Origin: Mobula birostris
Taxonomy: Eukaryota
NCBI RefSeq assembly: GCF_030028105.1
Contig: NC_092383.1
Coordinates: forward strand, 94,641,712-94,705,711
DNA: 64,000 nt
Reading direction: 5' to 3'
Position 1 is the stretch's first letter. Every line of letters begins with the position of its first letter. This document shows positions 24,851 to 38,399 of this stretch, in pieces. The position numbers and the translations under genes are program-made. The notes below the pieces were generated by a model that saw only the letters and a list, made by a program, of their open reading frames with translations, had not been told where the DNA came from and ran no database searches.

Positions 24851-27800
24851 TGCAGCGCCAAGAGTTAGAGAGCATTACCAAGGAGGGCTTGGAAAAGGGA
24901 TGTTTATCTTGGCTAAGATAGCTAGCTTAGCTATGGTTATTTTGACTATACCTCTTGTTCTACCTCAATGCCCAACCAGATGTATCCTTGGATGTTATGG
25001 TAAAGGGAGGAGATTGCTAGGGCCTTGGCAGAGATATTTGTATCTTCCTTAACCACAGGTGAGGTACTGGAAGAGTGAAGGATACTAATATGCCTTTAAG
25101 AAGGGGATCATGGATTAACCAGACAGACTAGGCAGTATCTATGGAGGGAAATAAGCAGACATTTTGGGCCAAGAAGCTTCATCAAGTTTTAATCATAATT
25201 TGACAAAATGAATGACTTCACCAATTCACCTTGCATTTATTTAAAAGAAAATCGAATGGGAATACATCTTAGTCAACATTTCCTCAAAAGGTATTTAATT
25301 GCAAAAATTCATGTACTTGCTATAATTTGCATTCCAGCACTCAAACCAGTAACAGTTGTAGTTTATAGTAAATTGTAGTGGTCCTTTTTGAAATTGTGAA
25401 CTGTGAAAAACATGCTTTTAAATTTTAAACAAGTAACTATAATTTGCTTCCAGCTACAGGGACTGTAGGCAAAAATAAGTGCAGGTCAGAAGAAATGTAT
25501 CCTTTTTTTAATGCCAATATTGTAAATAAACCCAGGTTCATTCCTGCCTCTGTCTGTAAGGAGTATGTATGTTCCCCCCATGACCACGCAAGTTTCCTCC
25601 GGGTGCTCCGGTTTCCTTCGACATTCCAAAGACATACTGCTTGGTAGGTTAATTGGTCATTGTAAATTGTTTCATGATTAGGCTAGGGTTAAATGGGGAG
25701 CTGCTAGGCAGTGTGGTTCAAAGGGCTGGAAGGGCCTATTCCACATTATTTCTCTGTAAATAAATATTCAATCCAATTGAGTGTCCCCACACAAAATGGA
25801 GTTTTCCTCAGATTAAAGATAATGTTAAACTCAATGTTAGGAAAGGTTTGTGCTGTCGGAAGAAGGCCCCTTACTCGAGCAATCCCCTCCACCCCTCCGA
25901 TGGTGAGTGAGAGTCTGTTGGTTTGCGGAGAAGCGATATAGAAGATTGTAACATTCGAACAGCGAGCAGCTGGTCTCCGTTCTGATTGTTGCTGGAGCAA
26001 TCTCTCTCCCTCGCTAGTGACAGAGCCTGTCTGAGATATTGAAGTGTTGATTAAGGACCATAGATTTTGATGGCTCTAAATCAAAGTCTCTTTGGGGGCT
26101 TTTGCTATTGTTTGCATGGTTGGGGAGGGGTGGTTTCACTGTTTCTGCTGCTGCTTGTGTGTGGACGGGGCTTTGGGGCTCTGATATTTCTGTCATTCAT
26201 TTTGTTTTTTTTTATTTCGCCGACATCTGCGAAGAGCAAGAATTTCAGGTTGTATACTGTATACATTCTCTGATATTAAATTGAACCATTTGGAGAGATG
26301 TTAAATTCAGAACAGTAATTGGGGCTTTTGACACCATAAGATGTACAGTAGCTATGTAACAAAGATCGCTCTTTATGAAAATGGTGTAGAATGATGAGCC
26401 AACTGGCACAAGTTCTGGAAAATGATCACTCTGTTTTTACAGGCAATGATCAGTTCCTCAATAATTATAGGTTACAAACCCATTTGCTGTAAAATAAAGT
26501 CTCAGATGGGCCCTACGGCCAACTCCTAGCGCTTGAATCTAGACAGCGCAGCGTCAGATTGAGACGGCCAAGTATAAAGCAGATACAAAGATACACAGAT
26601 ACAAAGCAGGAGGGTCATGTAGCACAATAATGTTTATTTCTTTTCCTGAAAAATGTATAAATTATAGATGACCAATTGCAGCCAGAGAGCAGGCATGGAT
26701 ACAATCAAGTTCATGAATCCTTTTTCTTTCATCAAATGACATACAAGCACCAGCAGCAGCAGCAAAGTATGAACAACAGAATGCTCAAGTTTTTTAAACC
26801 ACTTACAATGTTTGAAATATGGACAAAATTCACACTTTTGAAACTCCCAATTACAATTACATATGTTGCATAAATAACCAGTGAACAACTTGCACACAAG
26901 CTGAATGATAATTCAGCTGAACAATCGAGTGCTGAGAGGTACCAGTCTGTTAGCACATCTCCCCCAAATTCCAGTAGTACACATACTCATCTTTTAAAAA
27001 CAAGTTTAATGTTATTTAATGCAGATAATGGTTATTATAGAGAATATTACTTTAATGTGCCCAAACATTGGTTTCAATAATAGCTGCTAATTACATTTGA
27101 TTATACAAGCATACCAGTTGCACTTTTTACCCTACAAACTTTTTTGAAAATTAAATGCTTTAAATGACACCACTTGTTTTTTTAATGCATGCTTCATCCA
27201 GCCCTGATCTTTCAAGTTTCAAGGTTTTTTTTGGGGGGGGGGGGGAGAGGAGAGAAACCAGAATGAAACTAGACAAATACTGTATGAACACCCAAAATGC
27301 TGGAGGAACTCAGGAGGTCAGACCACAATCTATGGAGAGGAATGAAGAGTTGATATCTCTGGCCAAGACCCTTCAACAGGGCCTTGACTCGAATGGCTCT
27401 TCACCCCTTTCCATAGATGTGGACAGACCTGCTAAGTTCCTCCAGCATTTTTGAGAGTATTAATCTGGATATCCAGCATCGGCAGAATCTCGTGTTTATA
27501 CATATATGCAATCAAATTTGAACAGGGCAAGGAAACCTTAACAACATCACTTTGAGTGTGTACACACACATGCACTGAAATTACTCAATACTATTTAAGG
27601 CCAACTAAACTTCTCACCCTGAAACAATCTCCACTCAGCTGTATCATGTAAGACTTCCCTTGAGATCTAAACATTACTTTGATATATCTCTATCCCTACA
27701 CAAGATAAACAGGTAAAATTCTTTAGTTCTGTGTAAACTTCACATGAAACACCTTTTGCAGTTTTATTCAGGCTCCACACGCACCAATTTGTTGTGAGCT

Positions 27801-30800
27801 TTAATGAAGAAATGCTGGAAATACCTGGTAGGTCAGGATGTGTCTATGGAGACAGCCAATACTTCAGGTTATTGACCTTATAGATTATTGAACTGAAATT
27901 TAACTTTTCCAATTCACAAGGTAGCTGCTTAATATTTCTATTCCTTATAGTTTATATTTCTCTTTACCACTAATATTATGCTCGGTGGACCCAGTCACCC
28001 ACACTCATGGCTAGTTTGTTCAACACTGCCCCACACTTACCTGGTTTTAATTCTCCTGAGTGAGTGCATGCTGGAGCTGTTAAACAGGAGTCCAAATCCT
28101 GTTATTAGGTCATGTGCAAGGGCCAAGAAACCAGCATGATGACATTTAACACATACCAAAGGCACACCTCAAACTGCACTCTGTCAAAGCTGTGTAATAA
28201 CACAAAATGCTGCAGCAGCTTAGCAGGTCGGGCAGCATCTACAGGGGTTCCCAATCTGGGGTCGATTGACCTCTCGGTCAAAGGTAGGCGGTCTACAGCA
28301 AATAAGAAGGCTGGGATCTACGGAGAAGGATGAATGTGTCCAGATGAAATGTCCTGAGACATCAGCTGTTTATTCCTTTCTATAGATGCTGCCTGACCTA
28401 CTGAGTTCCTCCAACATTTTGTGTGTGTTACCCCGAACTTTCAGCACTTGCAGAGTCTCGCATGTTTCTGTCAAACCTGATATTTAGAAACAGTCAAAAA
28501 GCTGTTAAAATGATTTTAAAAATACCAAAAATTTTTAAAAATCAATAAACAAAATAATAAAATGTCAAAGCGTTTTCTTACACACTCTTCACTGAAGAGG
28601 TAAATTGGCTTGTGGAACTTGCTCTGGGTCTAATCTGGAATGGCATCAGTAAGCAGATCTATTGGTAAGACTCACTAAACATCTGCAACCGAAGGGTCCC
28701 GCCGAAAGTCTCGGCCCAAAATGTCGACGTATTCTTTTCCATTGATGCTACCTGGCCTGCTGATTCCTCCAGCATTTTGTATGCGTTGCTTGGATTTCCA
28801 GCAGCTGCAGATTTTCTCTTGTTTGTTCACTAAACATGTGCTCTGCTGTGGGACTCCTTGAAGAGTTAGGAAGTGAGGGAGACTTCAGTTCTGTTCAATA
28901 TCTAGAATATGAGTGAGTTTGCCATTCCAAATAGGAATATAACAGAATATGCGAATGACACTCACATTTCTACAGATGTACCCACGACAGCATTCTGTCT
29001 GCATCACCATCTGATATGTGGAGGGTACTTGGTTGGGGGGGGGGGAGGGGAGAGGGCTACTGCACAGGATTGAAGTAAGCTGCAGAGAATTGTACACTCA
29101 GTCAACTCCACCAAGGGCACTAGCCTCTGTAGTATCTGTGACATCTTCAAGGAGCAATGCCTCAAAAAGGTGGCATCTATCATTAAGCACCACTCCATCA
29201 CGTAGGTCATGCCCGCTTTTCATTGCCACCATCAGGAAGGAGGTACAGGAGCCTGAAGGCACACACTCAACAATTCAGGAACAGCTTCTTCCCCTCTGCC
29301 ATCTGATTTCTGAATGGACATTGAACCCATGAACACTACCTCACTACTGTTTGATTTCTATTTTTGTACTAATTTAAATATATACTGGAATTCACAGGTT
29401 TTTTTTTACTATTATTATGTATTGCATTGTACTACTGCTGCAAAGATGAACAAATTTCACAACATATGTTGGTGATATTAAACCTGATTCTGATTCTGCA
29501 ATTCCATATAGGAATATGATTACATCAAAGTCCTGATCTGCTTACATTTCCTTTCTGCATTCACTGGACCAGAGCTAAAACCATCAGGATCTCATGCCAT
29601 TTGTTATATTCATGACCACTAAACATTAAACTTTGCGCACACCAAATAAATATCAAAACCTCAACACTGAAAAGAATGCAGAAAAAACCTGCAATGTAAC
29701 CCATTCTCTCACCACTGCTCCTTCCTAACCCACTGAATGATTCCACTGCTGTTGTTATTTTAAATCTGAGACTAGCTTTAAAATTTCGCCTGCATTATGA
29801 TTCAAAATTGCAAGGTTTGATGCTTGTTTTTGGCTCCAGGAACAGCAGATGGCAGCAGTTAATTACCCAGAATGAGAAGCACCAATTTTGGTGCACCCAT
29901 GGCTAATTTTATTTCTTAAAAGTTATACATGACTATGAGACATTGGAGCAGTATTAGGCCATTCGGCCCATCCATTCTGCTCAACCATTCCATTTGATCA
30001 TGGCTGATTTATTATCCCTCTCAACACCCTTCTCTTGCCTTCTTCCCATTACCTTTGACCCCCTTACTAATCAAGAACCCATCAACCTCCGCTTTAAGTA
30101 TACCCAATGACTTGGCTTCCACAGTAGTCTGTAGCAATGAATTCCACAGACTCACCACCCTCTGGCTAAACAAATTCCCCATTTCTTTTCCAAAGGGATG
30201 TCTTTCTATTGAGGTTGCGCCCTCTGGTTCTAGACTCCCCTACTATAGGAAACATCCTCTCCACTCCCACTCTGTCCAGGTCCTTCAATATTCAATAACC
30301 TAGATCCCTCCCCCCCGCCATTCTTCTAAACTCCAGTGAGTACAGGCCCAGGGACATCAAACATTCCTCATATGTTTACCCTTTCATTCCGGGGATTATT
30401 CTCATGACCCCTCTCGAAGATGTCATCAGCAAACCTATTCTTTTCACATTGTGGTTGGGGCTCCCATTAAATCAGGATAAAATAGCTCCACGGAATTTTG
30501 TTTCTAAATAGCTGTGATGAGTAGGTCTGACCTAGTTAGAAGCTAAACATGATTAAATTATACAGAATTTGAGAACTTATTGCATTCATAAAAAAAATGC
30601 AACACACAGTAAAATGCTGGAGAACTCAGCAGGTCAGGCAGCATCCATGGAGAGGAATAAACAGTCAACATTTTGGGCCAAAACCCTTTAACACTGGGGT
30701 TCTCAACCTTTTTTATGCAGGGACTCCTACTATTGACCAAGGGGTCCGTAACCACAGATTTGGTTCAGACCCGCTGAGTTCCTCTAACATTTTGTGTGTT

Positions 30801-31164
30801 GCTCTGGATTTCCAACATCTGCAGAATCTCTTGTGTTCATAGCAATGACAATTAGTTACAAATACCAATTAAATAATTTACATTATGTACTTGAGATAAT
30901 GAGCTGGCTGTAATGAGCTGATCCAAGGCCAGTGAATGTAGACAAAATAACTGTAGCCTGCCTCTTCAAGCACAAGTATTGAACTAACTGTGACTCACAG
31001 CAACAGTAGCAGCTTCTACTTATACAGTGCTTTTGACACAAGAATATTGTGGCATAAACACATTGTGCTTAACCAATCAAATTAGTAATGAAATGGCTAA
31101 CAATATTAACCTCGTCTACAAATTGTCCATACCCTTCCATTTTCCTCACATTCATGTGCCTATC

Positions 31165-32210
31165 TAAACAGCCCATAAAAAGTTGGTTGCAGATGGGTCA
31201 CATTCTGCATGGAGGTCGGTGACCAGTGGTGTGCCTCAAGGATCTGTTCTGGGACCCCTACTCTTCGTGATTTTTATAAATGCCCTGGATGAAGAGGTGG
31301 AGGGATGGGTTAGTAAATTTGCTGATGACACAAAGGTTGGTGGTGTTGTGGATAGTGTAGAGCTGTCAGAGGTTATAGTGGAACATTGATAGGATGCAAA
31401 ACTGGGATGAGAAGTGGCAGATGGAGTTCAACCCAGATAAGTGTGAGATGGTTCATTTTGGTAGGTCAAATATGATGGCAGAATATATAGTATTAATGGT
31501 AAGACTCTTGGCAGTGTGGACGATCAGAAGGATCTTGGGGTCCAAATCCATAGGACACTCAAAGCTGCTACGCAGGTTGACTCTGTGGTTAAGAAAGTAT
31601 ATGGTGCATTGGCCTTCATCAATCGTGGGATTGAGTTTAGAAGCAGAGGGGTAATGTTGCAACTATATAAGACCCTGGTCAGACCCCACCTGGAGTACTA
31701 TGCTCAGTTCTGGTCACCTTACTATAGGATGTGGAAACCATAGAAAGAGTGCAGAGGAGATTGACAAGGATGTTGCCTGGATTGGGGAGCATACCTTATG
31801 AGAATAGGTTGAGTGAACTCGGCCTTTTTTCCCTGGAGCGACGGAGGATGAGAGGTGACCTGATAGAGGTGTATAAAATGAGAGGCATTGATCATGTGGA
31901 TAGTCAGAGGTTTTTCCCCAGGGCTGGAATGGCTAGCACAAGAGGGTACAGTTTTAAGGTGCTTGGAAGTAGGTACAGAGGAGATGTCAGGGGTAAGTTT
32001 TTGTTTTTAAACACAGAGAGCGGTGAGTGCTTGGAATGGGCTGCTGGTGACGGTGGTGGAGGTGGATACGATAGGGTCTTTTAAGAGCCTCCTGAACAGG
32101 TACATGGAGCTCAGAAAAATAGAGGGCTCTGGGTAACCCTAGATAATTTCTAAGGTAAGGACATGTTCGGCACTGCTTTGTGGGCCAAAGGGCCTGTATT
32201 GTGCTGTAGG
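31165..32210 (+). mobile_element. CR1 LINE 3' fragment (RT C-terminal half, frameshifted)
   Basis: SGVPQGSVLGPLLF, KFADDTK, WQMEFNPDKC, LYKTLVRPHLEY and RGDLIEVYK spread across several frames. Confidence 0.9.
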
Positions 32211-32551
32211 TTCCCCGCCCGCCCCCAAACACCGCATTTTCGTCAACGCCCCCAGATTCTACGTGACCACAGACTTCATACAAGCAGCCAGTTAACTTAC
32301 CTACCCACACATCTCTGGCCTGTAGGACACTGAAGCACCCACACGGTCAAAAGGACATTATTCAAGACATCAGACTGGGGTCTCCGATATTTCAAGGTAG
32401 TAGCCCTACTAACTGCATCACTGTGTTGCCCAGATCTAGTAAGGTAACTTAGTAAGATTGAACAGAATATGATACCCTGACTGGTGATTATCTAATTTGG
32501 GCATCATATTGCTTAACTAGTGAAACCAAGAACCAATAGAGGAATCTTTCT

Positions 32552-33919
32552 AGCAACACACATAAAAGTTGCTGGTGAACGCAGCAGGCCAGGCAGCATC
32601 TCTAGGAAGAGGTGCAGTCGACGTTTCAGGCCGAGACCCTTCGTCAGGACTAACTGAAGGAAGAGTGAGTAAGGGATTTGAAAGTTGGAGGGGGAGGGGG
32701 AGATCCAAAATGATAGGAGAAGACAGGAGGGGGAGGGATGGAGCCAAGAGCTGGACAGGTGATAGGCAAAAAGGATACGAGAGGATCATGGGACAGGAGG
32801 TCCGGGAAGAAAGACAAGGGGGGGGGACCCAGAGAATGGGCAAGGGGTATATTCAGAGGGACAGAGGGAGAAAAAGGAGAATGAGAGAAAGAATGTGTGT
32901 ATAAAAATAAGTAACAGATGGGGTACGAGGGGGAGGTGGGGCATTAGTGGAAGTTAGAGAAGTCGATGTTCATGCCATCAGGTTGGAGGCTACCCAGACG
33001 GAATATAAGGTGTTGTTCCTCCAACCTGAGTGTGCCAACCTGAGTGTGGCTTCATCTTTACAGTAGAGGAGGCCGTGGATAGACATGTCAGAATGGGAAT
33101 GGGACGTGGAATTAAAATGTGTGGCCACTGGGAGATCCTGCTTTCTCTGGCGGACAGAGCGTAGATGTTCAGCAAAGCGGTCTCCCAGTCTGCGTCGGGT
33201 CTCGCCAATATATAAAAGGCCACATCAGAAGCACCGGACGCAGTATATCACCCCAGTCGACTCACAGGTGAAGTGTTGCCTCACCTGGAAGGACTGTTTG
33301 GGGCCCTGAATGGTGCTAAGGGAGGAAGTGTAAGGGCATGTGTAGCACTTGTTCCACTTACACGGATAAGTGCCAGGAGGGAGATCAGTGGGGAGGGATG
33401 GGGGGGGGGGGGGACGAATGGACAAGGGAGTCGTGTAGGGAGCGATCCCTGCGGAATGCAGGGGGGTGGGGAGGGAAAGATGTGCTTAGTGGTGGGATCC
33501 CGTTGGAGATGGCGGAAGTTACGGAAAATAATATGTTGGACCCGAAGGCTGGTGGGGTGGTAGGTGAGGACCAGGGGAACCCTATTCCTACTGGGGTGGC
33601 GGGAGGATGGAGTAAGAGCAGATGTACGTGAAATGGGGGAGATGCGTTTAAGAGCAGAGTTGATAGTGGAGGAAGGGAAGCCCCTTTCTTTAAAAAAGGA
33701 AGACATCTCCCTCGTCCTAGAATGAAAAGCCTCATCCTGAGAGCAGATGCGGCAGAGACGGAGGAATTGCGAGAAGGGGATGGCGTTTTTGCAAGAGACA
33801 GGGTGAGAAGAGGAATAGTCCAGATAGCTGTGAGAGTCAGTAGGCTTATAGTAGACATCAGTGGATAAGCTGTCTCCAGAGACAGAGACAGAAAGATCTA
33901 GAAAGGGGAGGGAGGTGTC
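32552..33919 (-). mobile_element. Young 5'-truncated Penelope-like retroelement (RT C-terminus, GIY-YIG endonuclease, 3' terminal repeat with hammerhead)
   Basis: LPFLDLSVS..YYKPTDSHSYLDYSSSHP..KNAIPFSQ; CYTCP..FTCESTGVIYCVRC and YIGETRRRLGDRFAEH; perfect 11-bp TSD GGAATCTTTCT (32541-32551 and 33920-33930). Confidence 0.92.
32616..32651 (-). ncRNA. Minimal type-I hammerhead ribozyme (Penelope-associated), intact core
   Basis: Minus strand reads AGUC-CUGACGA-AGG GUCUCGG CCU-GAAAC-GUC-GACU: stem I AGUC/GACU, CUGANGA box, stem II AGG/CCU, GAAA, loopless palindromic stem III (ACGU), GUC cleavage triplet. Confidence 0.85.
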
Positions 33920-34293
33920 GGAATCTTTCTGCTCCACAACAAGAATTCTAAATCATGTTTTTCAAAAAAAAAAATCACTTGCTGAGTTCTGGCATTCAAC
34001 GTTATTCAAACCCTATCCAACTTAAATGATGTCAGATTTTTTAAGAGCCTTCCCAATTTCATGCTCAAGATGGTAAGGTTTTAGTTTTCAATGCTAGGCA
34101 GCAAGGATCATTCTGAAAGCATGCAAATGTATGAATAAGTGAAAATTAAACATCTCAATGACAGAACCACAGTATTCACAGTTGAAAGACATTCCTAGTC
34201 CACCATGCATTAAACCCTTGCTCAACTAAAGTTTATGTACTGAAGCTTAAAACACCCAAGGGTTTGTTGTGGAGATTTACACAATTGATTGTA

Positions 34294-34431
34294 CAGGACG
34301 ACCTTCACTAATCCGGCACCACTGGGACCTGAGGAGTGCCGGATTAGTGAAAATGCCGAATTACAGAAGGATCATATTAAGCATAATCAGTGCCAGATTA
34401 TCGAAGGAACCGGATTAGTGAACGTCAACTG
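34294..34431. mobile_element. Tigger/pogo-like MITE (138 bp)
   Basis: TIRs CAGGACGACCTTCACTAATCCGG / CCGGATTAGTGAACGTCAACTG, TA on both sides, and internal subterminal repeats of CCGGATTA. Confidence 0.8.
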
Positions 34432-35315
34432 TACAAGAAATGATTGGCACAAAGCAGTATTAAAATGTTTCTCTAATCCATTACCAAATATGAGCTTCAG
34501 ACACAAGAGCAAAGTTAGGCCATTCAGCCCATCGAGTCTGTCCCATCATTCCAGATTTATTATTCCTCTCAATCCCATTCTCCTGCCTTCTCCCCATAAC
34601 ATTTGATACCCCTACTGCTGGGTGGCGAGGTGGAAATACGTCTCTACCAAAAGAGGTGTAAGATGCTCCTTCTCTCCACTAGTCTGCAGGTCATTCTTGG
34701 GCAAGGTGTAGCACCTGCTTAGCCCATCCCACTCCTCCACTCATGTGAAGCCATGGAAGCAGGTGGTGGATGGTCGTATGAACAACTGGTGCACATCACA
34801 AGTCCTGGTTACATGACCACTAACACTAGGCAAACAAACTCTGAAGAGTATTGATAACGGCTGGGGTCATCTATGTTGTAAAGACACTACCCAAAAGGAG
34901 GAAATGGAAAACCACATCTGTAGAAAAATTGGCCAAGAACAATCATGGTCATGGAAGGACTATGATCATTCAAGTCACACAACGTGGCACATAACGAAAG
35001 AACAAACTAATCAAGGACAGATCATATACTGTACACTGACCTTTGCTTGACGTATCTGTTAATTTAAGCACCATATGCACTTGAACTATAAACTATTTCT
35101 AATTATACATTAAATAATTATATATAAATTCATTTACAAAAGGATTAAAAACCTCAAACAGTAAACTGTAGCTGTAACTGATATATGCCTGAGTTATTAT
35201 TCACCTCAATTGTAAACTGAATAAATCTGGTTACTGTTGGGGAAAATGTCTCCATATTACTGCAGCCTTGATCTTAGCTGTTAGTTGCAACTTTGTGATA
35301 ACTTCCTGCAAACAT

Positions 35316-36010
35316 TGCAGTCATTGAAAGTGGGCATGCAGGTACAGCAGGCGGTGAAAAAGGCAAATGGTATGCTGGCATTTATAGCAAGAGGATTCGA
35401 GTACAGGAGCAGGGAGGTACTTCTGCAGTTGTACAAGGCCTTGGTGAGACGACACCTGGAGTATTGTGTGCAGTTTTGGTCCCCTAATCTGAGGAAAGAC
35501 ATCCTTGCCATAGAGGGAGTACAAAGAAGGTTCACCAGATTGATTCCTGGGATGGCAGGACTTTCATATGAAGAAAGACTGGATGAACTGGGCTTGTACG
35601 CGTTGGAATTTAGAAGATTGAGGGGCGATCTGATTGAAACGTATAAAATCCTAAAGGGATTGGACAGGCTAGATGCAGGAAGATTGTTCCCGATGTTGGG
35701 AAAGTCCAGAACGAGGGGTCACGGTTTGAGGATAAAGGCGAAGCCTTTTAGGACTGAGATTAGGAAAAACTTCTTCACACAGAGAGTGGTGAATCTGTGG
35801 AATTCTCTGCCACAGGAAACAGTTGAGGCCAGTTCATTGGCTATATTTAAGAGGGAGTTAGATATGGCCCTTGTGGCTAGGGGGATCAGAGGGTATGGAG
35901 GGAAGGCTGGTGCAGGGTTCTGAGTTGGATGATCAGCCATGATCATAATAAATGGCGGTGCAGGCTCGAAGGGCCGAATGGCCTACTCCTGCACCTATTT
36001 TTTCTATGTA
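35316..36010 (+). mobile_element. Young CR1 LINE 3' end
   Basis: Uninterrupted ORF2 C-terminus (KKANGMLAFIARG..LYKALVR.HLEYCVQFWSP..RGDLIETYKI..FFTQRVVNLWNSLP) followed by the CR1 3' UTR ending TTCTATG. Confidence 0.92.
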
Positions 36011-36424
36011 AACCATACTTGGTCATCATTCTCTATGGTCCCACTAAAGCTTCACATGCACCTTGTTCCGTGAAACTAAGAGGACAGCCGTTGTTGGCTA
36101 ATCTCTTCCAGTGGAGCAGAAGTCCAGAAGGAAAGTAGGAATCCATTAGTTTGGTCAGAGGAAAAGCTAAACTTGCCCCTGGTCTTGGAGCAAGGGTTTG
36201 CTGGCAAGAAAAACGTTAATGCCTTGATTGCTGGTGAACTGGCTTGAAGATCAACAGCAAACATCTAATAAAAGACAAACTACATTTATGTTAATCTACA
36301 AAATTTCAAAAGAAATGCACGTGTTAAGAAAATATGCCCATCAGTAATAAAGATTATGTGCAAAAGTGTTGTACAGGATACTGTAGGTTTTAGTCATGGT
36401 TCAGATAATAATCTTGAGGTATAT

Positions 36425-36905
36425 GTGGTGTCCAGGGAGGGGTTGCACCTCTGGTGAAATGACTTGTCATGTCATTCTGGGGCAGCTCATTCACCTTTGG
36501 TCCTGACCAGACACTCAGTTTTCACCTGTAGTTCCAAGTAGCTGTCTACGTGTGACAGCAGCCACACCCTGGCACACTGCTTCAACAAGTGGGCTAAACC
36601 AGGTGAGGGCAACCAGCAGCCTCATACCCCAGTGAGTTAGGGACATGCCTATCCTGGCATGTGGAATCAGCTCTGGAGGACTGGACGGATGAGATCTAGT
36701 GAGATCCAACAGTCAGGAACATTCTGTGGAGAGTGAAGGGCATGAGGATGTCATGGTCATCCACTGTAACCAAGGTCCCAGTTTGTGACAGTTGTTCGTA
36801 CCGTTGGACTTGGACTCCTGAGGTCGAGTGAGTGGAACTGCCCAGGTGCAATGGCTTTCCACTTTAAAAACTTTCCCACACTGGCCTCCTGTCAGTGTTG
36901 GACAC
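36425..36905 (+). mobile_element. RTE-related non-autonomous element (tentative)
   Basis: Resembles RTE 5'UTR/3' end composites (GCAATGGCTTTCCACTTTAAAAAC). Called by recognition only. Confidence 0.4.
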
Positions 36906-38399
36906 TACTCCATCCACACAATAATCTTAATACCCTTATTTTATATAATGGTGATTTTAAAGTTTTAGTAGGGGTTAGATGTTCTTCTATTCAGAGGAGA
37001 TCCTTGGGCCAAGGTTACAACTTTTAGGATTTTAGAGAAAGTCATGAGACTTCTTTTTGCTAAGGATAAAAAATTTACAAGAGACAATTTAAAAACCAAG
37101 AAACAAAGATTTAAATCAACTCTAATACCAGGAGAAGATTCACAACAAAAAGTGTTTTTAAGTGTTCAAGAGAAGTATAAAAATAATAGAAGGGTGTTAG
37201 CTGGAGAATTAATTTGCAGGGCCTTGCAGACATAAGATGTCCCTTTAATATTGAGGAACTAGGGTTCCATTTTAATTCTCAGTTTGCCATCACCCACAAG
37301 GCCAATATTAGTAGATTCTGCCTGTGTTGACAGGGAGATGATGTTAATTCTATTGAGAATTCGAGTGGTATCGATGGTTTTAAAAGATGCAACGGCCAGC
37401 CCAGACAGTCTGAGTCTGGCTGAGCTCTGCGACATGGACTCCAATGGGTTAGCCTGTACACTTTTCCTCTTGCATTGAAGTGGGTGAAATTAAAATCTGT
37501 GCACAACCGATATCCTATCACCATTGGTCCAATTCTATAGAGATTGTTCTCTAAGATTTTGGCCAAGTAGCAGATACACACAGCTGCTCTAAACTGCTGT
37601 CAAAAATGATTCATCACAGCATTTCATAGCTGTAATGTATAACGTAGAAAGCGGGTCTGGCAGGTGCATTTTGTTGTCAACTCCTCAACAATATTTCTGC
37701 CGAACCTGAATTTTGAGAATATGGAATGCTTCTGTAAATAGCACAATGGGACAATCTTGAATAAGTGCTGCCAGCCTGTAACATTTCCAAGGGCTTATAA
37801 AACACATGCCAACCCGGTTATGTTTCATAGCTGCCTTAACAAACATTTAACCACACAGACACACACAAAATGCTGGCAGAACTCAGTAGGTCAGGCAGCA
37901 TTGATGATGGGGAATAAACAGTCAACATTTCAGGCCAAGACGTTCATCAGGATTGGTAAGGAAGGGGGTAGAAGCCAGAATAAGGTGGGGGCAGAGTACA
38001 AACTGGCAGGTGACAGGTGAAGGCGGAGGTGGGTGGGGGAGGGAAGTGAGAAGCTGGGAGGGGGTGGGTGGAAGAGGTAATGGGCTGAAGAAGAAATAAT
38101 CTGATAGGAGAAGAAAGTGGACTATGGGAGAAAGGGAAGGAGGAGGTGGTGGGCAGGGTGGGGGGAAGGGGTAAAAGAGGGGAGCGAGAATGTGAAATGG
38201 AAAAGGAAGAAGGGTGATGGGGAGAAGTTACCAGAAGTTGCAGAAATCTATAGATGCTGCCTGACCTGCTGAGGTTCTCCAGTATTTTATGTGTGTTGCT
38301 CAAGATTTCCAGCATGAGGACAATCTTTTGTGTTTAACCATACATTTTACATGATCCAGCACTTAATTTTAGCTCTAGAAATGTAGAAGTATAATCAAA

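Noticed and set aside
26676-26873. Poly-Gln ORF (HQQQQQ)
   Set aside because: A short (CAG)n microsatellite with no splice or homology support.
34620-34730. Possible HDV-like ribozyme at the 5' end of the RTE-related SINE
   Set aside because: A P1-like pairing and a P4-like hairpin are visible, but P2/P3/L3 and the catalytic J4/2 could not be fitted.
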